NCBI GenBank assembly: GCA_965213705.1
Contig: OZ243913.1
Location: forward strand, 2,784,001-2,848,000
Length of the DNA: 64,000 nt
Source of the DNA: Trueperaceae bacterium
GTDB taxonomy: Bacteria > Deinococcota > Deinococci > Deinococcales > Trueperaceae
Direction: 5' to 3'
This document shows, piece by piece, positions 56,414 to 64,000 of the stretch (the stretch's first letter is position 1; the number at the start of each line of letters is the position of its first letter). A program made the translations under genes and the position numbers. A model generated the notes under the pieces. It was not told the DNA's origin, made no database searches, and saw only the letters and a program-made list of their open reading frames with translations.

Positions 56414-57478
56414 ATGAACCACACAGACAACGCCATCATCCGCGTCATCGGCTTGGGCGGCGGCGGCAACAACGCCGTCAACCGCATGATCGAGTCCAGC
56501 TTGCAGGGCGTCGAGTTTATCGCCGCCAACACCGACGCGCAGGTCCTGGCGACCAACCTCTCCGACACGCGCATCCAGCTCGGCGACCACATCACCAAGG
56601 GCTTGGGCGCGGGCGCGAATCCCGAAATCGGCGAAAAAGCAGCCCTCGAAGACCGTGACCGAATCGGCGAAACGTTGCGCGGCTCCGACCTCGTCTTTAT
56701 CACCGCCGGCATGGGCGGCGGCACCGGGACGGGCAGCGCGCCGGTCGTCGCCGAAGTGGCGCGCGAACTCGGCGCGCTCACGGTTGCAGTCGTCACCACG
56801 CCCTTCAAGTTCGAAGGCCCGCGCCGGATGCGCCAGGCCGAAGAGGGTTTGCGCAAGTTGGAAGACAAGGTCGACGCTTTAATCGTTGTCGAAAACGAAC
56901 GCTTGCTCTCGGCTTTGGAGAAAAAGTCCAAACTCACCGAAGCCTTCCGAATTGCCGACCGGGTGCTCTACCACGGCGTGCGCGGCATCAGCGACGTCAT
57001 CAACATGCCGGGCCTCATCAACGTGGACTTCGCCGACGTGCGGAGTCTCTTGTCAGGCGCGGGCACGGTACTGATGGGCATCGGCGCGGGTCGCGGCGAA
57101 AAGCTCGTCGAAGAGGCCGCCAACACCGCCACCCACAGCCCGCTGCTGGCGCGGGGCGTCGAGGGCGCGCGGCAACTCCTCATCAACATCACCGGCTCGG
57201 AAGAACTCACCCTGTTCGACGCCAACGAAATCGTCGAGCGCATTTGCGAAGCGACTGAAGTCGACGACGTCGAAGTGCTGTTCGGCGTCACCAACGACGA
57301 GGCCGCCGCCGACGAGGTGCGCGTGACCGTCATCGCCGCGGGCTTCGACCACCACCCACAGATGAAGGTGCTGCGCCCCAACCAACTCAAGGCCGTCGCG
57401 GGCGGCCGCACCTACGACCCGAGCAACTACGACATTCCCGCCTTCTTGCGCTACAACCCGGACGCGGACTCGAATTAG
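56414..57478 (+). CDS. ftsZ: Cell division protein FtsZ
   Basis: GLGGGGNNAV, GLGAGANP, GMGGGTGTG, INVDFAD, DIPAFLR. Confidence 0.99.
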   Translation: MNHTDNAIIRVIGLGGGGNNAVNRMIESSLQGVEFIAANTDAQVLATNLSDTRIQLGDHITKGLGAGANPEIGEKAALEDRDRIGETLRGSDLVFITAGMGGGTGTGSAPVVAEVARELGALTVAVVTTPFKFEGPRRMRQAEEGLRKLEDKVDALIVVENERLLSALEKKSKLTEAFRIADRVLYHGVRGISDVINMPGLINVDFADVRSLLSGAGTVLMGIGAGRGEKLVEEAANTATHSPLLARGVEGARQLLINITGSEELTLFDANEIVERICEATEVDDVEVLFGVTNDEAAADEVRVTVIAAGFDHHPQMKVLRPNQLKAVAGGRTYDPSNYDIPAFLRYNPDADSN

Positions 57479-57483
57479 ACCCC

Positions 57484-57591
57484 GACCCCCCTGGTTAGCG
57501 CTGCGCTCAACCGGTCCCCCCTAAAAGGGGGGTGGGCCTCGACTTATACCCCCTTTCAGGGGGCTGTCCAGCGCAGCGCCGACAGGGGGTC
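57484..57591. repeat. Inverted REP-like doublet (REPIN-like)
   Basis: GACCCCCCTG..GCGCTGCGCT..CCCCCCTAAAAGGGGG and its inverted partner CCCCCTTTCAGGGGG..AGCGCAGCGC..CAGGGGGTC. Confidence 0.75.
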
Positions 57592-57598
57592 CAACCTC

Positions 57599-58096
57599 AT
57601 GTCCAAACGAGACGTTATCTACGACGGCCACATCCTCACCCTCGTCAAGTTGGACGACCGGTGGGAAGTTGCCGAGCACGCCCCGGCGGTCGCGGTGCTG
57701 GCTCTGAGCGGTCGTGAAGTGCTGGGGGTCGAGCAGTACCGCCCCGCCATCGGTCGGCGCACTTGGGAAGTTCCGGCGGGCCTTGTCGACGAAGACGAGA
57801 CCCCCGAAGTGGCCGCGCGGCGCGAACTCGCCGAAGAAACGCAGTTGACGGGCGAGTTGGAATATCTTACCCAGGTCTACACCAGCCCCGGTTTCACGAA
57901 CGAGCGTATCCACCTGTTCCTCGCCCGCGACCTCTCCCCTGCCGAGGGTCGGCCAGACGACGGCGAAGACTTGTCCATCGTCTGGCGCGACGTGGACGAG
58001 GTTTGGGAAGGCGTAAAAAACGGCGCTATTGCCAGCAGCGGCCCGACGGTTTTGGCGCTCAGCATCGCCAAGCAACGTCTCGAGGACAAACCTTGA
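57599..58096 (+). CDS. NUDIX hydrolase (ADP-ribose pyrophosphatase-like)
   Basis: EQYRPA, EVPAGLVDEDETPEVAARRELAEET Nudix box, YTSPGF. Confidence 0.92.
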   Translation: MSKRDVIYDGHILTLVKLDDRWEVAEHAPAVAVLALSGREVLGVEQYRPAIGRRTWEVPAGLVDEDETPEVAARRELAEETQLTGELEYLTQVYTSPGFTNERIHLFLARDLSPAEGRPDDGEDLSIVWRDVDEVWEGVKNGAIASSGPTVLALSIAKQRLEDKP

Positions 58097-58986
58097 ACGT
58101 CGTCAGTTCACCGGACGCGCTCGAGCTGTCCCGTGTCGTCGTCTCCATCGGCAACTTCGACGGCGTGCATTTGGGCCACCAGATGCTGCTCGGTCACATG
58201 AGGGACGTGGCGCGGGCTTTGAGCGCTAAAAGCGTCGTCATCACTTTTTTCCCGCCCTCGCGCGTGCTGTTTCAGAACGGTAAATTTTTAAGTTCCGAAG
58301 AAGAAAAACTCGCGCTCCTCTCCTCTTTCGAACCCGACGCAATCGTGATGGTGCCGTTTACGCGCGAGTACACCCAAACACCGAAAGACGTTTTTTTGGG
58401 GCAGCTCGAGCGCCTGAACCCGCAACTCGTCATCGTCGGCGAGGACTTCCGCTTCGGCTACAAGCGTGAGGGCAGCCTCAACGACCTGAGCACCATCGCG
58501 GACAGGTTGGAGGTCTTCAACCTCAAACATTCGGGCGAAGCGCCCATCAGCTCGACGCGCATCCGCGAACTTTTACAACAGGGTGACGTGGAAAACGTCA
58601 AACCCCTCCTCGGCCGGAGCTACGCCGCGACGGGTACGGTCGTCCAGGGCGACCAGCGGGGCCGCACCATCGGCTACCCGACCGCCAACGTCGCCACTTC
58701 TCCGGACAAAGCCTTACCGCTGGGCGTCTTCGCCGTCATGGTGGACACCGAGGGGGGCCATTTTAACGGCATGGCGAACGTCGGCCCGCGTCCGAGCTAC
58801 CCGGACGGTGTGCCGTCGTTGGAAGTTCACTTGTTCGACTTCGGCGGCGCCCTGTACGGGCAGACCGTCACCGTCCACTTCGAACGGTTTTTGCGGGGTC
58901 AGGTCAAGTTTGCAGGCTTGGAGGAACTTAAAAAACAGCTCGCTGAAGATGAGGCGGGGGCTCGAGGGTTCCTAAGTAAGTTATGA
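58093..58986 (+). CDS. ribF: Bifunctional riboflavin kinase / FAD synthetase
   Basis: IGNFDGVHLGHQ, VGEDFRFG, ISSTRIR, GRTIGYPTAN, EVHLFDF. Confidence 0.96.
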   Translation: MNVVSSPDALELSRVVVSIGNFDGVHLGHQMLLGHMRDVARALSAKSVVITFFPPSRVLFQNGKFLSSEEEKLALLSSFEPDAIVMVPFTREYTQTPKDVFLGQLERLNPQLVIVGEDFRFGYKREGSLNDLSTIADRLEVFNLKHSGEAPISSTRIRELLQQGDVENVKPLLGRSYAATGTVVQGDQRGRTIGYPTANVATSPDKALPLGVFAVMVDTEGGHFNGMANVGPRPSYPDGVPSLEVHLFDFGGALYGQTVTVHFERFLRGQVKFAGLEELKKQLAEDEAGARGFLSKL

Positions 58987-59052
58987 TGGTCTCTTATTAA
59001 CGCTGAATACCGATGACTCAACGTAGCCAGTCAAAACTTAGAACGAGGAACT

Positions 59053-59676
59053 GTGATGTTCAGAAAGTTGTTGGGTAAATCAGAAAATGCTGATGTTGAT
59101 AAGCGTCTTATTCAAGAAATGACTGAAGGTTTAACTTTGATAGGTTTCCCAACGAACCAGTCAAAGGCCATGTCGCAGACTGTGTTGAAAAAATCAAAAG
59201 ATGAGTTGATTAAAGCTGGGCAACGTAATGATATGTATAGGACTGGTGATGGTGAGCATCTGCTTTTAAGTCAAGACGCCTACATACGTGAGCATTTAGA
59301 GGCGTGTAAGAAACATGGTGCTACGGATGAGGATATTCGCAACTGGCATAATCTTTGCCAGCTAGAACAGTCATTTTTACTCAACCAAGACGTTTTGATA
59401 GCAGCGTCATTGTACGAAACTGAGCAGGCCCGAGGCAAAACGAAAGCTGAAGCACGTGAGGCTGTAAAGCGGTCATTTGCCAAATACGCAACTTTAGCAG
59501 CTGAGATAGGAGAAGAGCCATCCGAAGACTCTCTACCTGTGGAGTTGAAACTAAGAATCAATAAATACCGTCTTTCTTTAATTCAAAATCACCCTGAAAA
59601 GTTCCGAAGAGAATTAGAGGAAGCAGAAAGTTTTAATAAGTGGGTGAGGAGTAAAATTTCTTTGGGTGAGTTGTGA
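59053..59676 (+). CDS. AT-rich hypothetical protein
   Basis: 207-aa ORF with GAGGA RBS, visibly lower GC than neighbours; no motif recognised. Confidence 0.7.
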   Translation: MMFRKLLGKSENADVDKRLIQEMTEGLTLIGFPTNQSKAMSQTVLKKSKDELIKAGQRNDMYRTGDGEHLLLSQDAYIREHLEACKKHGATDEDIRNWHNLCQLEQSFLLNQDVLIAASLYETEQARGKTKAEAREAVKRSFAKYATLAAEIGEEPSEDSLPVELKLRINKYRLSLIQNHPEKFRRELEEAESFNKWVRSKISLGEL

Positions 59677-60023
59677 AAGCAAGGTTGCCAACGTACCGAG
59701 TACCCACCCATCCCGGCGAGATTTTACGCGAGGACTTTCTCAAGCCTTACGGCCTTACCCAGACCGAACTTGCAGAGCGCATACACATGTCCTACGTGCG
59801 GCTGAACGAAATCGTCAACGGCAGGCGCGGCGTCACACCCGATACGGCCTTGCGGTTTGGCAGGCTGTTCGGCACGACGCCCGACTTTTGGCTGAAGGCG
59901 CAGCTTGCCTGTGACCTCTACGCAGCGCAACAAAAGTGGGGCGCAGAGGTAGAAGAGATAAAGCCGCTCGAGGGTTTCCCAAAAGTTTTCAGCAAGGAGT
60001 CCAACTCAAACCCTCAGCTTTAG
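59673..60023 (+). CDS. higA: HigA-family HTH antitoxin
   Basis: PTHPGEILREDFL, TQTELA, LNEIVNGRRGVTPDTALR, FWL..Q..DL. Confidence 0.9.
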   Translation: MKARLPTYRVPTHPGEILREDFLKPYGLTQTELAERIHMSYVRLNEIVNGRRGVTPDTALRFGRLFGTTPDFWLKAQLACDLYAAQQKWGAEVEEIKPLEGFPKVFSKESNSNPQL

Positions 60024-60033
60024 GAGACCCGTC

Positions 60034-60654
60034 ATGCCCACCCCGTCCTCTTTCGCCATTTTCTTCGTCGCCGCCCTTACCCTGGCGGTCATTCCCGGCC
60101 CCGGAATGCTGTACGTTCTCGCCCGGACACTCCGGGGCGGCAGGCGCGAGGGTATGTTGTCGACGCTCGGGACGGGAGTGGCAGGACTGCTGCACACCTT
60201 CGCCGCCGCGTTGGGCGTTTCGGCTATTTTAGCGACCTCAGCCGCGGCGTTCGCCGTCGTCAAGTGGTTGGGGGCGGCGTACCTCGTCTACCTCGGCGTG
60301 ACGACGCTCATGGCTAAAAACCATGTTGAGACCGACCTCGACCTTTCAAAAATCCCGCGCCGGGGCGCGCTAGGTCAGGGTGTCGTCACCGAGGTTCTCA
60401 ACCCCAAAACGGCCCTCTTCTTTCTCGCCTTTATCCCTCAGTTTGTAAACCCTGCAGGCAACGTGTTCTGGCAGTTCGTGCTGCTCGGAACTGTCACGAC
60501 GCTGTTGACCAGTGGGGCTGACCTGCTCGTTTCTTTGGCGGCGGGGCCGCTCAGCAACGCCTTGAAACGCAACCGCCGGTTGCAGCGCGTTCAGCGGGTG
60601 GGGTCGGGTGGTTTGCTGATTGGGCTCGGGGTTTATGTTGTGGTGGAGCGCTGA
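60034..60654 (+). CDS. LysE/RhtB-family translocator
   Basis: IPGPG, KWLGAAYLVYLG, LNPKTALFFLAFIPQF. Confidence 0.93.
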   Translation: MPTPSSFAIFFVAALTLAVIPGPGMLYVLARTLRGGRREGMLSTLGTGVAGLLHTFAAALGVSAILATSAAAFAVVKWLGAAYLVYLGVTTLMAKNHVETDLDLSKIPRRGALGQGVVTEVLNPKTALFFLAFIPQFVNPAGNVFWQFVLLGTVTTLLTSGADLLVSLAAGPLSNALKRNRRLQRVQRVGSGGLLIGLGVYVVVER

Positions 60655-60773
60655 GGGCGGGGCTGCTCGAGCTAAAACACCGTCGTCTCACTTTTTTACT
60701 TGACACGCCCCTTGTCTGCTACACTGATGTCAGAAAGTCAAACATTCTTACCCTTGTTTCGAGGGAGGTAACT

Positions 60774-61058
60774 ATGGCGCTCGTGACGGTCAAAACCAAG
60801 TATCAGGTCACCCTACCCCGCAAACTGCGCGAAGAGCTTGGTATCGACACCGGTGACCTGTTGGAAGCCGAAGTCCAAGACGGCAAAATCATCCTGACCC
60901 CAAAAGAGGTCGTTGACCGCAAAGCTGCTTTCGCTAGACTGCAGGAGATTGGTGAAGAAGCCCGCAAACGGTGGGAAGCGGACGGCCTTACGGACGACAA
61001 CATCGAAAAGATGATAGAAGAAGAAGTAGCTGCTGTACGCTACGGGACCGAGTCGTAA
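60774..61058 (+). CDS. AbrB/MazE/SpoVT-family antitoxin
   Basis: KYQVTLPRKLREELGIDTGD..GKIILTP. Confidence 0.88.
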   Translation: MALVTVKTKYQVTLPRKLREELGIDTGDLLEAEVQDGKIILTPKEVVDRKAAFARLQEIGEEARKRWEADGLTDDNIEKMIEEEVAAVRYGTES

Positions 61059-61065
61059 CGCCCAA

Positions 61066-61473
61066 GTGCGTGTTGTTCTCGACACGAACATTTATATAAG
61101 TTTCGCGTTGGACAGCGCAGCGTTGAGACCTCTGAGAAGCGCTTGGCTAGCCGGGCGTTTTAGGGTCTACGTCAGTACCTACCTGCTCGCCGAGGTCGGT
61201 AATGTGTTAACCCGCTCGAAATTCATACCTTACCTGACGCCCGGCAGCGCGGAAGAACTGACAGACCTCCTAGTCAGCCTGGGGCAACCCATGACGACCA
61301 GGTTGCCGCACTCGGACTTCAGCGACCCCAAAGACCGCTACCTGCTGGCGATGTTGCGCGACAGCGACGCCGAGTTACTGGTAACCGGAGATAAAATGCT
61401 GCTAGCTTTAGAGAGTTTCGACAACAAACCCATCTTGCCACCTGTGGAGTTTTTGGCTCGTTTGAAGGAATAA
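61066..61473 (+). CDS. PIN-domain (VapC-like) toxin
   Basis: MRVVLDTNIYIS, DPKDRYLL, LVTGDKMLL. Confidence 0.9.
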   Translation: MRVVLDTNIYISFALDSAALRPLRSAWLAGRFRVYVSTYLLAEVGNVLTRSKFIPYLTPGSAEELTDLLVSLGQPMTTRLPHSDFSDPKDRYLLAMLRDSDAELLVTGDKMLLALESFDNKPILPPVEFLARLKE

Positions 61474-61565
61474 CGAGGCAACCCTGCAGGGCTCGAGAGG
61501 CAACGAGCTAACCCGTTAAGCCCCACCTATCAGCATCCTTTTAGAAGAGCGGATATAGTGTCGTC

Positions 61566-62306
61566 ATGCTCATCTACGGAAAAAACGCAGTCATCGAAGC
61601 CCTACAAGAGGGCCAAGCCGTGCGAATTATGCTGGCGCAGGGCTTGCAAACCGGAACGGTCAAGGAGTTGGAGAAGCTGGCTCGAGCGCACGACGTTTCG
61701 GTCGAGCACGTCCCGCGCATCCAGCTCGACCAGAGCCTCAAGACGACGAACCACCAGGGCGTCGTCGCCGAACTCCCCGACCTGGAGTTCGCCGACCCCG
61801 AAGCGCCGTTTCAACTTGCCGAGAAGCGGGGCGAGCGGTTGCTCCTCGTCCTGCTCGACCAAATGAACGACCCGCGCAACTACGGCGCGATTATCCGCAG
61901 CGCCGAGGTGCTCGGCGCACACGGCGTGGTGACCGAGGAGCGCCGCAGCGCGCCGCTCTCAGCCGTCGCGGTCAAGGCGGCGGCCGGGGCGACGAGCTAC
62001 CTGCCGCTCGTCCAGGTAAAAAACTTGCCCCGCTACATCGACGGCTTGAAAAAGCGCAACGTGTGGGTTTACGGCGCGGCGGGCGAGGGGAAAAGCACGC
62101 CTACTCAAGTCGACTGGGACCGCGACGTGGCCCTCGTCATCGGCTCGGAGGGTACGGGGATGCGCCGACTGGTGGGTGAAAAGTGCGACGAGTGGGTGCG
62201 GATTCCCACGCGCGGCAACATCAATGCGCTCAACGCCTCGGTGGCGGCGGGCATCCTGATGTACAGCATCGTCTCGAGCCGGGAGCGGGCGCATGGCAAA
62301 GCTTAA
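61566..62306 (+). CDS. rlmB: 23S rRNA Gm2251 methyltransferase (SPOUT)
   Basis: IYGKNAVIEAL, HQGV, DPRNYGAIIRSA, GSEG.G, LNASVAAG. Confidence 0.93.
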   Translation: MLIYGKNAVIEALQEGQAVRIMLAQGLQTGTVKELEKLARAHDVSVEHVPRIQLDQSLKTTNHQGVVAELPDLEFADPEAPFQLAEKRGERLLLVLLDQMNDPRNYGAIIRSAEVLGAHGVVTEERRSAPLSAVAVKAAAGATSYLPLVQVKNLPRYIDGLKKRNVWVYGAAGEGKSTPTQVDWDRDVALVIGSEGTGMRRLVGEKCDEWVRIPTRGNINALNASVAAGILMYSIVSSRERAHGKA

Positions 62307-64000
62307 ACCCAAACACCTCTTCGAACTGGTCTTCGTCGCCGACCCGGCTTTGAGCCCGGACGGGACACGCGCCGCCGCCGTTCACACGAAAATCGTCCAG
62401 CCCGACGAGGACGAGCCACCGCGCTACCGGAGCAACATCTACCTGTACGATTTAGAAACCGGCCAAGAAACGCAGTTCACCCGCTCGGAGTTTTTGGACA
62501 CCCACCCGCGCTTCAGCCCCGACGGTGAACGCTTGGCGTTTTTGTCCAAGCGGGAGGAAGAGGGCAAGGCGCAGCTTTACGTCATGAACATCGCGGGCGG
62601 CGAGCCCGAACAGCTTACCCAGCTCGAGTCCGGCGTGAGCAGTTTTGCGTGGCACCCGAAGGGCTCGAGTCTCGCCTTCGTGTCTCGAGGTGACTGGGTT
62701 GACACGGTCGCCAAGAATAAGACCGCCCGCACGATTGACCGTTTGCACTACAAGATGAACGGCGTCGGCTTCCGCCCGACCGAGCCCGCGCAAGTTTACT
62801 TGTACAACCTCAAAAAAGGCGAGACCGACAAGCTGACCTCGCTGCGGAGCGACCCGAGCGGCCTCGCCTTCAGCCGCGACGGTAAAACGCTTTACTTCGC
62901 CGCCTCGGCGTCGGTAGAGGACGGTGACGAGTGGCGCAGCGACCTCTACGCGCTGACCCTGAAAAGCGGCAAGCTCAAAAAACTGTTGCCCGCCCCCGGC
63001 AACATTGCCGCGCCGAGCCCGAGCCCGGACGGGCGTCACGTCGCCTTTTTCGCGCCGACCGATTGGGACGTGTTCGCCAGCGCCAACGTAGCGTGGCTCG
63101 TGGACGCCAAAGGCGGCGAGCCCGAACGCTTGGGCGACATGGAAACGCCGCCCAGCGTCGGCGGGGACAGCCGTTACGGAAGCTATCCGAACACCGTAAA
63201 GTGGCTCGAGCCTACCCAACTCCTCCTCAATGTCAACCGCGCGGGCCGGAGTGGACTCGCCAGCCTCGACTTGAAAACCCGCGACCTCACGCCGCTGGTT
63301 GAGGGCGACCGGGCCGTAACGAGTTTTGACGCGGCGAACGGGACGATTTTGTTCACCGCCGAAACGCCGCAACAGCCCGGCGAGCTGTTCGTGTGGCGAG
63401 ACGGTGAAAAACGCAAATTGAGCGCGGCAAACAACGCCTTTATGAAGCGCTTCAAACTCGCCACAGCGGGCGAGCCCGTACTGCTCGAGACCTCCGTCGA
63501 TACAAGCTTGAGTTACTGGACGCTCTCCCCTACCAAACCTCGCAAGGACGGCGCAACAGTGCTGCAAGTCCACGGCGGGCCGCACACGAACTACGGCTAC
63601 GGGTTTTACTTAGAGTTTCAAATCCTCGCCGCGGCGGGCTACCGGGTCATCTACGGCAACCCTCGAGGCAGTTCAGGTTACGGCAGCGACTACGCCACGA
63701 CGCTGCTGACGCGCTACGGCACCGTCGACGCCGACGACGTGCTAGCTATGGCACGCCACGCGACGGCCGACCGCCCCGACGCCCCGGTTCACCTGACCGG
63801 CGGCAGCTACGGCGGCTTTATGACGAACTGGCTCGTCGCGCACACGGATATGTTTCGCTCAGCGGTGACGCAGCGAAGCATCTCGAACTGGCTGTCGTTT
63901 TACGGCACCGCCGACATCGGCTACCGCTTCACCGAAATCGAGCAGGGCGGCAACCCCTGGGAGGACACCACGGCACTGTGGGAACAGAGCCCCATCAAGT
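62293..64000 (+). CDS. S9-family (acylaminoacyl) peptidase; runs off window end
   Basis: Manual translation: MAKLKPKHLFELVFVADPALSPDG, PD40-like repeats (FSPDG), VHGGPH, NPRGSSGYG, GGSYGGFMTNW nucleophile elbow. Confidence 0.93.
   Translation, partial: MAKLKPKHLFELVFVADPALSPDGTRAAAVHTKIVQPDEDEPPRYRSNIYLYDLETGQETQFTRSEFLDTHPRFSPDGERLAFLSKREEEGKAQLYVMNIAGGEPEQLTQLESGVSSFAWHPKGSSLAFVSRGDWVDTVAKNKTARTIDRLHYKMNGVGFRPTEPAQVYLYNLKKGETDKLTSLRSDPSGLAFSRDGKTLYFAASASVEDGDEWRSDLYALTLKSGKLKKLLPAPGNIAAPSPSPDGRHVAFFAPTDWDVFASANVAWLVDAKGGEPERLGDMETPPSVGGDSRYGSYPNTVKWLEPTQLLLNVNRAGRSGLASLDLKTRDLTPLVEGDRAVTSFDAANGTILFTAETPQQPGELFVWRDGEKRKLSAANNAFMKRFKLATAGEPVLLETSVDTSLSYWTLSPTKPRKDGATVLQVHGGPHTNYGYGFYLEFQILAAAGYRVIYGNPRGSSGYGSDYATTLLTRYGTVDADDVLAMARHATADRPDAPVHLTGGSYGGFMTNWLVAHTDMFRSAVTQRSISNWLSFYGTADIGYRFTEIEQGGNPWEDTTALWEQSPIK

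Noticed and set aside
62452..63585. 377-aa minus-strand ORF and similar long antisense ORFs
   Set aside because: Antisense shadows of GC-rich real genes (here the S9 peptidase)

Overview
GC-rich chromosomal window, most consistent with a Deinococcota (Truepera-like) bacterium: five-domain S1, Thermus/Deinococcus-type dcw gene order and several leaderless genes. The housekeeping backbone comprises corA (partial), an FMN riboswitch with ribD-ribE-ribBA, an Fe3+ ABC pair, an M29 aminopeptidase, recQ, pyrR-pyrB-pyrC, rpsA, a sugar ABC cluster, wrbA, secA, ligA, RNase P RNA, the mraZ-ftsZ dcw cluster, ribF, rlmB and a partial S9 peptidase. Accessory content includes an AT-rich defence island between recQ and pyrR, carrying a coiled-coil McrB-like GTPase split by an intact IS1-family element and a DUF2357/PD-(D/E)xK nuclease. 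There are also three TA pairs plus an orphan higA, and a stand-alone xenorhodopsin. The best candidate for an undescribed system is an exbB-exbD operon whose third gene has a TonB/TolA-type SxxxH anchor, a ~500-aa Pro/Ala repeat stalk and a DUF3048-like C-terminal domain instead of TonB_C. Other oddities are a strongly over-represented GGCTCGAGCC palindrome, AT-rich AGGTATCATCT hairpins inside RNase P RNA and between ftsA and ftsZ, REP-like and heptamer repeat families, and a very extended S1. All family assignments come from motif recognition by eye; no searches were run.
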